Shown here in pieces: positions 53,088 to 63,423 of a DNA stretch of 64,000 nucleotides; the stretch's first letter is position 1, and every line of letters starts with the position of its first letter. The DNA comes from Clostridia bacterium (GTDB taxonomy: Bacteria > Bacillota > Clostridia > Oscillospirales > CAG-272): contig JAGALA010000054.1 of NCBI GenBank assembly GCA_017625935.1, forward strand, positions 7,655 through 71,654. Direction: 5' to 3'. The translations under genes and the position numbers were made by a program. The notes beneath the pieces are model-generated. The model searched no databases, was not told the DNA's origin, and worked only from the letters and a program-made list of their open reading frames with translations.

Positions 53088-53267
53088 ATGGAAAACGTAA
53101 AGGTTACTTTAATTAAGAGTCTTATAGCTTGCAAGCCTAACCAAATTGCAACTGCAAAATCTCTTGGCCTTACCAAGATTGGTAACAGCATCGTTTGTGC
53201 AAACGATCAGGTTTTGGCAGGCAAAATCAAGGTTATTTCACACCTCGTAAAGGTAGAAAACGTATAA
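53088..53267 (+). CDS. rpmD: 50S ribosomal protein L30
   Basis: 59-aa ORF absent from the track ([32 protein letters not shown]...). AAGGAGG RBS. Canonical position between rpsE and rplO. Confidence 0.9.
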   Translation: MENVKVTLIKSLIACKPNQIATAKSLGLTKIGNSIVCANDQVLAGKIKVISHLVKVENV

Positions 53268-53343
53268 CCGAGGGCTGCCAAAGGGCAGAAATTGGTTGAA
53301 AACAATCAATCCTAAAAATCAATTTCAAAAGGAGGAAAAAAAT

Positions 53344-53784
53344 ATGAAGCTCCACGAACTTTCACCAGCTGCAGGCTCAGCTAAGGCAGCATGGCGTAAG
53401 GGTAGAGGTCCGGGCTCTGGTAACGGTAAGACAGCAGGCAAGGGTCACAAAGGTCAGAACGCGCGTTCAGGCGGAGGAGTAAGACCGGGATTTGAAGGCG
53501 GTCAGCTCCCACTTTACAGAAAACTTCCAAAAAGAGGATTTAACAATAAATTTGCAAAGGAATATGCAACAGTTAATGTTAGCGATCTTAACAAATTTGA
53601 AAATGGCGCGACAGTAAATCTTGAAATACTTGTTAACTGCGGTATCGTTCGTAAGGAATACGACGGACTTAAAGTGCTTGGTAACGGCGAGCTCACAAAG
53701 AAGCTCAACGTTGAAGCTAAGGTTTTCACAGCGACAGCTAAAGAGAAAATCGAAGCAGCCGGCGGAAATGCTGAGGTGAAATAA
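53344..53784 (+). CDS. rplO: 50S ribosomal protein L15
   Basis: [31 protein letters not shown]. The ATG at 53344 follows AGGAGG. Confidence 0.97.
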   Translation: MKLHELSPAAGSAKAAWRKGRGPGSGNGKTAGKGHKGQNARSGGGVRPGFEGGQLPLYRKLPKRGFNNKFAKEYATVNVSDLNKFENGATVNLEILVNCGIVRKEYDGLKVLGNGELTKKLNVEAKVFTATAKEKIEAAGGNAEVK

Positions 53785-53786
53785 TT

Positions 53787-55268
53787 ATGTTTAAAACCTT
53801 AGCTAACGCTTGGAAAATTGCTGATTTAAGACAAAAGCTCTTATTCACAATTCTTATCATTCTTTTATATAGAATAGGTGCGGCTATTCCTGTTCCGTTT
53901 GTAAGCGCTATTACAATCGAATCAGGTACAACATTCGAATTCCTTAACACCTTATCGGGTGGTGCATTCGAACAAGCCTCACTCTTTGCACTTGGTGTTT
54001 CCCCATACATCACTGCATCAATCGTTATTCAGCTTTTAACAGTTGCAATCCCTGCACTTGAAAGACTCTCAAAAGAGGGTGAGGAAGGCAAGAAGAAGAT
54101 TACACAAATCACAAGATACATCACAATTGCAATCTCACTTGTTACAGCTCTTGGCTACTACTTCCTTCTCAAGTACAACGGCGCTCTCGGCTCATTCATT
54201 TCAGTTGAAAATGAGGGCTGGCAAAAGGTACTTAACTGGGTACTCGGCATTGTAATTGTTGCTTGCTACTGCGCTGGCTCATCCATCACTATGTGGCTCG
54301 CAGAAAGAATTAACGATAAGGGTATCGGCAACGGTATTTCTGTTATCCTTTTTGCAAACATTGTATCACGTGCATTGCCACTCTTCACAAGATTTGTAAA
54401 TATGTTCCAAACAGAAATCGGCAAGCTCGGCATCCCATCAACAGGTCTTGGCCAGACTGTTAACCCAGACGGTACAATCAAGCCACTTCCGGGTACTGAG
54501 ATTGCAACAAATGCATTCCCATTCGGCTCTATAATCTTTACAGTATTTGTACTTGTTGGTCTTCTCGCTATGATGTGGTTCATTATCTTCATCTCCGATA
54601 GTGAAAGAAAAATCCCTGTACAATACGCAAAGAGAGTAGTTGGCAGAAAGATGTACGGAGGACAAAACTCCAACATTCCACTTAAGCTTAACATGGCAGG
54701 CGTTATGCCTATCATCTTCGCAAATGCTATCATTACAATCCCTGCAATGATTTCACAGTTCATCCCAACAACAAAGGTTGATGAGGTAACAGGTGACACA
54801 CTTGCAAGACAGCCTTGGTTCCAGATCGTTAAGGTATTCTCAAGCGGTCACTGGTTCTACTGCTTGCTCACATTCGTATTGATTCTTGCGTTTGCATATT
54901 TCTACGTGGCTATTTCCTTCAACCCAACTGAGGTTGCAGGTAATATCCAAAAGAACGGTGGTGCTATCCCTGGTATCCGTCCGGGTAAGGCAACATCAAC
55001 ATTTATCCAAAAGGTTCTTTCAAAGATTACCTTTATCGGTGCTCTTGCACTTTCAGTAATTTCAGTAATTCCGCTCTTAATCCACGTTGTATTGACAATT
55101 GTCAGAAACAATTTCGAAGTGAACATTGCATTCTGGGCATTCAGCTACCTTGGTGAGCTTGCTACAATAGGTACGTCAATAATCATCGTTGTGGGCGTTG
55201 TTCTTGAAATCGTAAGAGAGATGGAAGCACAAATGACAATGCGTCATTACAAGGGATTCCTTGGTTAA
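53787..55268 (+). CDS. secY: preprotein translocase subunit SecY (493 aa, longer than usual)
   Basis: LRQKLLFTILII..YRIG..IPVP. ERKIPVQYAKR. 10-TM pattern. Confidence 0.97.
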   Translation: MFKTLANAWKIADLRQKLLFTILIILLYRIGAAIPVPFVSAITIESGTTFEFLNTLSGGAFEQASLFALGVSPYITASIVIQLLTVAIPALERLSKEGEEGKKKITQITRYITIAISLVTALGYYFLLKYNGALGSFISVENEGWQKVLNWVLGIVIVACYCAGSSITMWLAERINDKGIGNGISVILFANIVSRALPLFTRFVNMFQTEIGKLGIPSTGLGQTVNPDGTIKPLPGTEIATNAFPFGSIIFTVFVLVGLLAMMWFIIFISDSERKIPVQYAKRVVGRKMYGGQNSNIPLKLNMAGVMPIIFANAIITIPAMISQFIPTTKVDEVTGDTLARQPWFQIVKVFSSGHWFYCLLTFVLILAFAYFYVAISFNPTEVAGNIQKNGGAIPGIRPGKATSTFIQKVLSKITFIGALALSVISVIPLLIHVVLTIVRNNFEVNIAFWAFSYLGELATIGTSIIIVVGVVLEIVREMEAQMTMRHYKGFLG

Positions 55269-55280
55269 TAAGGAGAAATT

Positions 55281-55934
55281 ATGACAAAGAATCTTAAGAT
55301 GATTTTCCTTGGCGCCCCCGGGGCAGGTAAGGGAACACAATCAGACATAGTCGCCCAGCAATATGGTATTCCTACCATATCAACAGGCGTTATGATTAGA
55401 GAAGCAATTAAAAACAATACTGAAATGGGTATCGCTGCTAAGGCATACACCGAAAAGGGCGCACTTGTGCCTGATGAGGTTGTTATCGGCATTATAGCTG
55501 AGCGCTTAGCAAAGGATGACTGCCAAAACGGCTTTATCCTTGACGGCTTCCCAAGAACAGTTCCACAGGCTGAAGCACTTGACAAAATGGGAGTTGGTAT
55601 CAACTGCGTTGTTAGTCTTGAGGTTGCGGACGAAAAGATTGTTGAGCGTATGAGCGGCAGACGTGTCTGCGCAAAGTGCGGTGCTTCTTACCACATCTTA
55701 TATAATCCATCCGCGAATGGCACAAGCTGCGATAAATGCGGCGAGGCGCTCTCAATTCGTAAGGATGACGCTCCCGAGGTTGTTCTTGATAGACTTAACG
55801 TATATCACAACCAAACAGAGCCACTAAAGGATTTCTACGGCAAAAAGGGCGTGCTTGTGCTTGTAGAGGGTCAAGAGGAAGTTAAAGATACAACTGCTCT
55901 TACACTTCAAGCAATCGAGAACGCAATTAAGTAA
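55281..55934 (+). CDS. adk: adenylate kinase (zinc-lid form)
   Basis: LGAPGAGKGTQ P-loop. CAKCGASYH...CDKCGE lid. Confidence 0.97.
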   Translation: MTKNLKMIFLGAPGAGKGTQSDIVAQQYGIPTISTGVMIREAIKNNTEMGIAAKAYTEKGALVPDEVVIGIIAERLAKDDCQNGFILDGFPRTVPQAEALDKMGVGINCVVSLEVADEKIVERMSGRRVCAKCGASYHILYNPSANGTSCDKCGEALSIRKDDAPEVVLDRLNVYHNQTEPLKDFYGKKGVLVLVEGQEEVKDTTALTLQAIENAIK

Positions 55935-55936
55935 TT

Positions 55937-56695
55937 ATGATTCAGTTGAAAACACCTGAGCAAATTGAGATAATGAAGGTCGCAGGTAGAATTACAGGCG
56001 AAGCATTGCTCGTTGCAAAGGAACTTATCAAAGAAGGCGTAACAACCAAGCAAATAGATGATAAAATCCGTATGTATATCAAGAAATGTGGCGCTAAGCC
56101 AACATTTCTTGGTTACGGTGGATTCCCGGGCAGTGCGTGCATAAGCATCAATGAGGAGGTAATACACGGTATTCCCTCACATTCAAGGGTGCTTAAAAAC
56201 GGCGACATCGTAAAAATCGACGTCGGCGCACAGTGGAAGGGCTTTACCGGGGACAGTGCAGCAACCTTTGCAGTCGGTGAAATATCCGAGGAAGCAAAAA
56301 AGCTCATTAAAACAACCGAGGAATGCTTCTTTAAGGGCATTGAAGCAATTGAAAAGGCTGAAACTCCAAGAATCGGGGATTTGGGCTTTGCGATTGCAAG
56401 CCACGCTCACGCAAACGGTTTTTCCGTTGTTGAGCAATACACCGGACACGGTGTGGGAAGCGAGCTTCACGAGGACCCAAGTATTCCAAACTATGGAACG
56501 TCTGGGCGCGGAGTTCGTATTTACCCCGGTATGACCTTAGCTATTGAGCCTATGATTAACGAGGGCACAAAATCAGTCAAGGTTTTAAAGGACGGTTGGA
56601 CAGTTGTTACCGCAGACGGAAAGCTCTCTGCTCACTACGAGCATAGCGTAGCCGTTACAAATAACGGTATCATTCTTTTGACAAAGGTTGATTAA
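55937..56695 (+). CDS. map: type I methionine aminopeptidase
   Basis: ACISINEEVIHGIP...DVGA...GHGVG..HE...EPM. Confidence 0.96.
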   Translation: MIQLKTPEQIEIMKVAGRITGEALLVAKELIKEGVTTKQIDDKIRMYIKKCGAKPTFLGYGGFPGSACISINEEVIHGIPSHSRVLKNGDIVKIDVGAQWKGFTGDSAATFAVGEISEEAKKLIKTTEECFFKGIEAIEKAETPRIGDLGFAIASHAHANGFSVVEQYTGHGVGSELHEDPSIPNYGTSGRGVRIYPGMTLAIEPMINEGTKSVKVLKDGWTVVTADGKLSAHYEHSVAVTNNGIILLTKVD

Positions 56696-56817
56696 ACCTA
56701 AATAAAAGCTCGTCATCGCGGCTGATTTATGATGGGCTGAATTATTTCCGACGGCTCGCCCGTTACTTCGAGCCACGGACTGAACCAAAATACCCGAGAA
56801 ATTTTTGAGAGGATTAT

Positions 56818-57036
56818 ATGGGAAAAGAAAATGTAATGGAATTTGAAGGCATCGTAACGGAAGCACTTCCTAATGCGACCTTCAAGGTTAAACTGCCGAA
56901 TGGGCACATTATTACAGCCCATATTTCAGGCAAATTAAGATTAAATTATATAAGAATATTGCCAGGTGACAAGGTTACCGTAGAGGTTTCAGTATATGAC
57001 CTCACAAAGGGACGTATCACATGGCGCGCTAAATAA
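56818..57036 (+). CDS. infA: translation initiation factor IF-1
   Basis: [35 protein letters not shown]. Confidence 0.97.
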   Translation: MGKENVMEFEGIVTEALPNATFKVKLPNGHIITAHISGKLRLNYIRILPGDKVTVEVSVYDLTKGRITWRAK

Positions 57037-57052
57037 GAAAGGTGGTTTTATA

Positions 57053-57166
57053 ATGAAAGTAAAGCCTTCCGTAAAGAAAATCTGTGATAAGTGCAAGATT
57101 ATTAAGAGAAAAGGTACCGTTATGGTTATCTGCGAAAATCCTAAGCACAAACAGAGACAGGGCTAA
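57053..57166 (+). CDS. rpmJ: 50S ribosomal protein L36 (zinc form)
   Basis: 37-aa ORF absent from the track: [37 protein letters not shown]. Confidence 0.93.
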   Translation: MKVKPSVKKICDKCKIIKRKGTVMVICENPKHKQRQG

Positions 57167-57195
57167 TTCTAACCAAACCGAAAAGGAGAAAACAA

Positions 57196-57564
57196 ATGGC
57201 TCGTATAGCTGGTGTTGACATTCCGAACGCAAAGCGTGTTGAAGTTGCTTTAACATACATTTACGGTATCGGATTAAAGAGCGCACAGGACATTCTTGCT
57301 AAGACAGGTATCAATCCTGACACACGCGCTAAAGATTTGACTGAAGATGAAATCGCGAAGCTTCGTGAGGAAATCGAAACAAATTACAAGGTAGAAGGTG
57401 AACTCCGCCGTGAGGTTGCCCTCAACATTAAGCGTCTGGTTGAAATCAACTGCTACCGCGGTACCAGACACAGAAAAGGTCTTCCTGTAAGAGGACAAAG
57501 AACAAAGACAAACGCAAGAACTCGTAAGGGTCCTGCAAAGACAATAGCTAACAAGAAGAAATAA
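57196..57564 (+). CDS. rpsM: 30S ribosomal protein S13
   Basis: [26 protein letters not shown]. Confidence 0.98.
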   Translation: MARIAGVDIPNAKRVEVALTYIYGIGLKSAQDILAKTGINPDTRAKDLTEDEIAKLREEIETNYKVEGELRREVALNIKRLVEINCYRGTRHRKGLPVRGQRTKTNARTRKGPAKTIANKKK

Positions 57565-57577
57565 GGAGTGTAGCTAA

Positions 57578-57967
57578 ATGGCAGAAAAGAGAGTAACTAA
57601 AAAACGCCGTGAGCGCAAAAATATTGAAAAAGGCGCTGCACACATCTGCTCAACCTTTAATAACACAATAGTTACCATCACAGACGTAGCAGGAAACGCT
57701 GTTTCTTGGGCATCTGCTGGTGAGCTTGGTTACAAGGGTTCCAGAAAGTCTACACCATTTGCTGCACAAATGGCTGCTGAAGCTGCAGCTAAGGCCGCAA
57801 TGGAACACGGCATGAAAACTGTAGAAGTTTATGTAAAGGGCCCAGGTCAGGGTCGTGAATCTGCAATCCGCGCGCTTTCCACAGCAGGACTTCAGGTTAC
57901 TATGATTAAAGACGTAACTCCAATCCCACACAACGGTTGCAGACCACCAAAACGCAGACGCGTTTAA
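57578..57967 (+). CDS. rpsK: 30S ribosomal protein S11
   Basis: [18 protein letters not shown]...[14 protein letters not shown]. Confidence 0.98.
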   Translation: MAEKRVTKKRRERKNIEKGAAHICSTFNNTIVTITDVAGNAVSWASAGELGYKGSRKSTPFAAQMAAEAAAKAAMEHGMKTVEVYVKGPGQGRESAIRALSTAGLQVTMIKDVTPIPHNGCRPPKRRRV

Positions 57968-57987
57968 TCTAATAGGAGGAACTTAAG

Positions 57988-58608
57988 ATGGCAAGATATA
58001 CAGGACCTTCATGCAAGCTTTGCCGTAGAGAAGGCACAAAGCTTTACCTTAAGGGTGAGCGTTGCCTTTCCGACAAGTGTGCACTTAATAGAAGAACATC
58101 TGCTCCCGGTCAGCACGGTGCTGCAAAGAAGAAGATGACTGAGTACGGTATGCAGCTTCGTGAAAAGCAGAAGGCAAAAAGATATTATGGCGTTCTTGAA
58201 AAGCAATTCAAGAACTACTATGTAAAGGCCGACAACCAAGAGGGCATCGCTGGTGAAAACCTTCTCCGCCTTCTTGAAAGAAGACTTGATAACGTTGTAT
58301 TTAGAATGGGACTTGCTGCCAGCCACAAGGAAGCTCGTCAGCTCGTGCTTCACGGTCACTTCACATTGAATGGCCACAAGGCTAACATCCCTTCAATACT
58401 CGTTAAGGTTGGTGACGTTGTTGCCGTAAAGGAAACAGACTCATCAAAGATCAAAGAACTCGTTGAAGCTATGGGCGAAAAGATTTCACCAAAGTGGCTT
58501 GAGATTGACAAGAACGCAGGAGTTGCTAAGGTTGTAGCAATGCCTGAGCGTGACGATATCGATTTCGAATTCAACGAGCAGCTCATCATCGAGCTTTACT
58601 CGAAATAA
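57988..58608 (+). CDS. rpsD: 30S ribosomal protein S4
   Basis: [16 protein letters not shown]...[13 protein letters not shown]. Confidence 0.98.
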   Translation: MARYTGPSCKLCRREGTKLYLKGERCLSDKCALNRRTSAPGQHGAAKKKMTEYGMQLREKQKAKRYYGVLEKQFKNYYVKADNQEGIAGENLLRLLERRLDNVVFRMGLAASHKEARQLVLHGHFTLNGHKANIPSILVKVGDVVAVKETDSSKIKELVEAMGEKISPKWLEIDKNAGVAKVVAMPERDDIDFEFNEQLIIELYSK

Positions 58609-58777
58609 TAACTCTTTGTCGACTGTACGCCTCCAAATTTGCATATGCACACTTGGGGGTGTAGAGATCGCATCGGGCGTATCTACAAGTATGGTTGACA
58701 TCAATGTTATGTACGACACTTCCCATACGGCGGGAAAAAACCAATGCATATATTGAATATAGGAGGGTTATTTAATC

Positions 58778-59749
58778 ATGATGATAGAAATCGAAAAGCC
58801 GAACATTACAATCGTTAGCGAAAGTGAAGACGGCAAAAAGGGTAAATTTGTCATTGAACCGCTTGAAAGAGGCTTTGGTACAACTCTTGGTAACTCACTA
58901 AGACGCGTGCTTTTAAGCTCCCTTCCCGGATATGCTGTTTCATCAATCAAGATTGACGGTGTTTTACACGAAATCTCAAGTCTTGACGGTGTAACAGAGG
59001 ACGTTACTGAAATTGTGCTCAATGTTAAGGGCATTGTTTCAAAAATTCATGGCACAGACAGCGTAAAGACAGTTTGCATCGACAAGGTTGGTCCTTGTGA
59101 GGTAACTGCAGGTGATATCACTCCTGACGCTGATCTTGAAATTTTCAACCCTGAGCTTCACATCGCTACGCTTAGCGAGGGAACTCGTTTCTATATGGAG
59201 CTTACATTTGAGCGTGGCCGCGGCTACGTTTCACAGGAAAAGAATAAGAATGACCACATAAAGAGCCAAATTCCGGTTGCTATCGGAACAATCTTTACTG
59301 ACTCAATCTACACACCTGTTTACAATGTTAGCTACAACGTAGAAAACACAAGAGTTGGAAGCATCGCCGATTTTGATAAATTGACAGTAGAAGTAGAGAC
59401 AAACGGCACCATTGGGGCAACTGATGCAATTTCATTAGCAGCCAAGGTACTCAACGATCATTTCACTTTGTTTGTTGACCTCTCAGAGGAGGCAAGAAAC
59501 GCTGAAACTATGGTTGAACGCGAGGAAACCAAGAAAGAAAAATATCTTGAAATGTCCGTTGATGATCTTGAGTTGTCTGTACGTTCATTTAACTGCTTGA
59601 AGCGTGCAGGCATCGACACCGTAGAGGACCTCATCAACCGCACAGAAGAGGATATGATGAAGTTTAAGAATCTCGGTAAGAAATCCCTCGATGAAGTAAA
59701 GAACAAACTTGAATCACTTGGCTTGTCCTTGAGAAAAGAAGAGGACTAA
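58778..59749 (+). CDS. rpoA: DNA-directed RNA polymerase subunit alpha
   Basis: [20 protein letters not shown]. The C-terminal domain reads [16 protein letters not shown]. Confidence 0.98.
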   Translation: MMIEIEKPNITIVSESEDGKKGKFVIEPLERGFGTTLGNSLRRVLLSSLPGYAVSSIKIDGVLHEISSLDGVTEDVTEIVLNVKGIVSKIHGTDSVKTVCIDKVGPCEVTAGDITPDADLEIFNPELHIATLSEGTRFYMELTFERGRGYVSQEKNKNDHIKSQIPVAIGTIFTDSIYTPVYNVSYNVENTRVGSIADFDKLTVEVETNGTIGATDAISLAAKVLNDHFTLFVDLSEEARNAETMVEREETKKEKYLEMSVDDLELSVRSFNCLKRAGIDTVEDLINRTEEDMMKFKNLGKKSLDEVKNKLESLGLSLRKEED

Positions 59750-59825
59750 GACCAATCGCCCATAAAAGGGCAAACAGACGATGAACAAGCATCGGTAAAA
59801 AGAATCGGCAAAGGAGGACAAATCA

Positions 59826-60167
59826 ATGCCAACAAGAAAGCTCGGCAGAACATCTGAACACAGAGTTGCAATGCTCCGTGGAATGGTTACCTTGCTTCTC
59901 GAGAAGGGCTCAATCGAGACCACACTTCCAAGAGCAAAGGAACTTAGCAGTGTTGCTGATAAAATGATTACACTCGGCAAGAAGAATACACTTGCTGCTC
60001 GCAGAGAGGCTCTTGCTTACATCACAAAGGAAGATGTAGTTAAGAAGCTCTTTGATGTGATAGCTCCAAAATATGCTGATCGCGTAGGTGGCTATACACA
60101 AGTATATAAGCTCGGTCCAAGACGTGGAGACGCCGCTGAAATGGCTCTCATTAAGCTTGCTGACTAA
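59826..60167 (+). CDS. rplQ: 50S ribosomal protein L17
   Basis: [18 protein letters not shown]...[15 protein letters not shown]. Confidence 0.97.
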   Translation: MPTRKLGRTSEHRVAMLRGMVTLLLEKGSIETTLPRAKELSSVADKMITLGKKNTLAARREALAYITKEDVVKKLFDVIAPKYADRVGGYTQVYKLGPRRGDAAEMALIKLAD

Positions 60168-60175
60168 TAGCAAAC

Positions 60176-60210
60176 AAAAATAGGCGCTACGAAAGTAGCG
60201 CCTTATTTTT
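60176..60210 (+). terminator. intrinsic terminator ending the ribosomal supercluster
   Basis: AGGCGCTAC-GAAA-GTAGCGCCT followed by TATTTTT. Confidence 0.85.
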
Positions 60211-60261
60211 AATATATCATATGAACATATGTGCATAACATAAAATAACAAAAAAGCAAAC

Positions 60262-60305
60262 AAAAAGCCCCGAAATTTACCGTTTTACGGTAAATCGGGG
60301 CTTTA
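60262..60305 (-). terminator. intrinsic terminator of pfkA
   Basis: The minus strand reads AAAGCCCCGATTTACCG-TAAAA-CGGTAAATTTCGGGGCTTT followed by a T-rich run. Confidence 0.8.
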
Positions 60306-60317
60306 ATATTCAATTAA

Positions 60318-61385
60318 TTAGCAGCCAACGCCGTTTACAATCTCGTACATATCGTCGAAATACTCGGCTCTTTCCTTGCAAATTGCTTTCATTTCTGCAA
60401 TTTGTTCATCGGTGAAGTTGTCAAGGTCGCCGTCCTTTAACTTACCCTTGTACATTCTGTCAAGAATAAGCGCGTACTTAATTTCCATAGATGTTATTTT
60501 GTCGTGACGTGAAATTACAACAACGTCGCTAACACCTTGAAGCAAAAGCTCTGCTGCCTTGAAGCCGCATTTTGAAGCAAAGTTTCTGTCAGCAAGCGTC
60601 GGAATACCGCCGCGAACAATGTGACCCGGGCGAACGAATCTTGCTTCGATGCCTGTTCTTTCCTCTATCTCCTTGGTAAGACCCTCACTGAATGCACCGC
60701 CCAAGCCCTCGGCAACAACAACTGTAAAGCTGCGTCTGCCGTTTTTGCGCGCGTGGGTCATTTTTGCAAAGAGAGCTTCCTTGTCAAATTCCTTTTCTTG
60801 AACGGCAACGCCTATTGCATTAAGTGCAAGACCTGTTTCGATAGCGATATAGCCCGCGTTTCTGCCCATAACCTCGATAACCATACAACGTGCGTGCGAT
60901 TCGCAGGTATCACGAAGTGAGTCACCGATGTGCATTACCGTGTTCATTGCCGTGTCGTAGCCAACTGTAATGTCGGATGCGGTAATATCGTTGTCTATTG
61001 TACCTGTAACGCCGATGCAGGGAATGCCGCGAATGCTAAGATCTGTCGCGCCTCTGAACGTGCCGTCGCCGCCGATTGCTACAATTCCGTCGATATTGTG
61101 CCTTTTGCAGGTCGCAATTGCCTTTTGCATGCCCTCCTCATACTTAAACTCGTCGCAACGGTCAGAGTAGAGGAACGTGCCGCCCCTTGCTTCGATGTCG
61201 CAAACGTCGTTCTTAGTGAGAGGACGGATTTTATCGTTTATAAGACCCGAATAGCCGCCTAAAATACCAACAACCTCAACACCGCGATTAATTGCCGCAC
61301 AGGTAACGCTTTTGATAGCGGCGTTCATACCGGGTGCATCTCCGCCTGAGGTTAAAATACCAATCTTTCTAAACTTCTTTTCCAT
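60318..61385 (-). CDS. pfkA: ATP-dependent 6-phosphofructokinase
   Basis: IGILTSGGDAPGMNAAI...GGDGT...TIDND. Confidence 0.95.
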   Translation of the reverse strand: MEKKFRKIGILTSGGDAPGMNAAIKSVTCAAINRGVEVVGILGGYSGLINDKIRPLTKNDVCDIEARGGTFLYSDRCDEFKYEEGMQKAIATCKRHNIDGIVAIGGDGTFRGATDLSIRGIPCIGVTGTIDNDITASDITVGYDTAMNTVMHIGDSLRDTCESHARCMVIEVMGRNAGYIAIETGLALNAIGVAVQEKEFDKEALFAKMTHARKNGRRSFTVVVAEGLGGAFSEGLTKEIEERTGIEARFVRPGHIVRGGIPTLADRNFASKCGFKAAELLLQGVSDVVVISRHDKITSMEIKYALILDRMYKGKLKDGDLDNFTDEQIAEMKAICKERAEYFDDMYEIVNGVGC

Positions 61386-61606
61386 TTTTTATCTCCTTGA
61401 AATACATATCTAAATGGAATTTTGATATGAATTATCTATAATTATTACGCTTGGCAACCGTCCAAGCATAAGCCACAAGTATTTTAACATAATAATATTA
61501 TAAAATCAATACCTTTAGGTAAATTTAGGAAATCTTCTGACATTTTTATTTTCCTATGAATAGAATAGCCTTTTTGGGCAAATTATAAACAAAATAGGAG
61601 GTTTTT

Positions 61607-62209
61607 ATGTTAAGAGTTATATCAACGGTACTAATCTCGGTGGCAACGTTTTTTACGTTAAATGCCTTAATTCCAACCGCATCCGAGGTTGAAATATACG
61701 ATAGCTGCGTGCGCTTGCACGTCATTGCAAATTCAAATAGCGAGAGTGACCAGGAGCTTAAATTAAAGGTCAGGGATGCGCTTCTTGAAAAGATAAATTC
61801 ATATGAGGTAGATAGCAAGGGTGAGGCGCTTGAAGCTATTGAAAACGACAGGGACAAGCTTATAGAGGCGGCAAATCAAGTGATCGAGGAAAACGGCTAC
61901 GATTACGGTGTGACAATCGAAACAGGGCTTGAAAGCTACCCTACGCGCCATTATGAGGATTTTTCCCTGCCTGCAGGCAAATATACCTCGGTAAGAGTAA
62001 AAATAGGTGAAGCAAAGGGTGAAAATTGGTGGTGCGTGCTTTACCCACCGCTTTGCAACGCAGGGGCGGTAGCATACGAGGACGGCGCGTACACGGACGT
62101 GGGACTGACGAAGGACCAATATAGCCTGATAACGGGCGCAAGCGGAGAATATAAGGTGAAATTCAAGCTTATCGAGGTTGCCTCAAGGCTTGCAGGCTTT
62201 GAATATTAA
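61607..62209 (+). CDS. spoIIR: stage II sporulation protein R
   Basis: VRLHVIANSNSESDQELKLKVRD...NWWCVLYPPLC. Confidence 0.92.
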   Translation: MLRVISTVLISVATFFTLNALIPTASEVEIYDSCVRLHVIANSNSESDQELKLKVRDALLEKINSYEVDSKGEALEAIENDRDKLIEAANQVIEENGYDYGVTIETGLESYPTRHYEDFSLPAGKYTSVRVKIGEAKGENWWCVLYPPLCNAGAVAYEDGAYTDVGLTKDQYSLITGASGEYKVKFKLIEVASRLAGFEY

Positions 62210-62285
62210 AGCTTGTTAAACCGCTCAGTGGGCGCGTTATCGCAAGCACCGCTGACTAAGGTCAAGCTTACAAAGCAAAAGAAAC

Positions 62286-62322
62286 ACGGGGTGCTAAATT
62301 TTCATAGCACTCCGTTATTTTT
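62286..62322 (+). terminator. intrinsic terminator
   Basis: ACGGGGTGCTA-8 nt-TAGCACTCCGT followed by TATTTTT. Confidence 0.7.
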
Positions 62323-62331
62323 ATATTTCTC

Positions 62332-62360
62332 TTGAAAAAAGAGCACAAAAGTAGTACAAT
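62332..62360 (+). promoter_or_regulatory. sigmaA promoter, TTGAAA-17-TACAAT
   Basis: -35 at 62332-62337 and -10 at 62355-62360. Confidence 0.55.
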
Positions 62361-62405
62361 ATAATGGTACAAATAGATATAAGCATTTTTAAAGGAGGAG
62401 AAAAT

Positions 62406-63293
62406 ATGTTCGGTTACGTGCGCCCATATACACCCGAGCTTTTAGTTAAAGATAATGAGCTTTACCGCGCCACGTATTGCGGCCTTTGTCGCACAATGGG
62501 TAAAACGACAGGCAAGCTTTCCAAGCTCGCACTAAGCTACGATTTTGTTTTTCTTGCTCTTTTGAGATTTGCAGTAAGAGGAGAAAAGGTAGAGGTCAAG
62601 CTTCACCGCTGTCCTGTCCATCCCTTCAAAAAACGCCCTATGCTTGAGGTTAATGACGACCTCGTTTATAGCGCACGCACATCTACAATTTTGACACGTC
62701 TGAAGCTCAAGGATAACGTAAATGACAGCCACGGAATTTCACGCATAAAAGCAAAAATAGCGGGGGGAGTGTCTGTTTTCTTCAAAAAAACCGATGCTTC
62801 GCTAAAAGAACTCGAAGAAAAAATGGTAGCTTCAATCGATGAATTGACCGCACTTGAAAATCAAAGCTCCGACTCTATTGACAAAACCTCGTCAACGTTT
62901 GGCACGCTCCTTGGCAATCTTGCTTCACACGGAATAGATGGGGCAAATGCGCGAATATTATATGATGTGGGCTATCATCTTGGAAGACTCATATACGTCC
63001 TTGACGCGATTGACGATTTTGAAAAGGACAAGAAAAGTGGCTCGTTCAACGTAATTAAAAACGCGTACGGTGAATCACTTGATGAAAATATGCGAGAAAG
63101 CATAAAATGCTCAATGCTTATAGAGCTTGAAAAAATTTCGCGCGGAGTGGAGCTTATCGACTTTTTCTCGGCTCAAGACGTTGAAAGAATAATAAAAAAC
63201 ATAGTCTACATAGGACTGCCAAACGAGATAAAACGCGTAATTTCAGGTGAAAAACGCAAAAAAGAGCCAAAGCATCCACGTGCTCATGTCTGA
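62406..63293 (+). CDS. conserved Clostridial protein of unknown function (DUF5685-like)
   Basis: MFGYVRPYTPELLVKDNELYRATYCGLCRTMGK matches my recollection of the DUF5685 N-terminus. The ATG at 62406 follows AAAGGAGGAG. Confidence 0.6.
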   Translation: MFGYVRPYTPELLVKDNELYRATYCGLCRTMGKTTGKLSKLALSYDFVFLALLRFAVRGEKVEVKLHRCPVHPFKKRPMLEVNDDLVYSARTSTILTRLKLKDNVNDSHGISRIKAKIAGGVSVFFKKTDASLKELEEKMVASIDELTALENQSSDSIDKTSSTFGTLLGNLASHGIDGANARILYDVGYHLGRLIYVLDAIDDFEKDKKSGSFNVIKNAYGESLDENMRESIKCSMLIELEKISRGVELIDFFSAQDVERIIKNIVYIGLPNEIKRVISGEKRKKEPKHPRAHV

Positions 63294-63341
63294 TCCTTTG
63301 TGTTCACTAAAATACTTATAAGAAAAGTAACAAAAAATTCA

Positions 63342-63370
63342 TTTACAAACAAGAAAAGCTATGGTAAAAT
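63342..63370 (+). promoter_or_regulatory. sigmaA promoter, TTTACA-17-TGgTAAAAT
   Basis: -35 at 63342-63347 and -10 at 63365-63370. Confidence 0.55.
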
Positions 63371-63423
63371 ATCACTAAGCAGAAAATCTGCACTTAAATA
63401 GCACACACAAAGGAGGTGCACAA

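Noticed and set aside
54266-54799. 177-aa minus-strand ORF
   Set aside because: Antisense to secY, with no independent support.
61500-61606. SigmaF-type forespore promoter expected upstream of spoIIR
   Set aside because: I could not find a convincing GCATA-type -35 or GGnnAnAnTA-type -10 at proper spacing, so no promoter is called.
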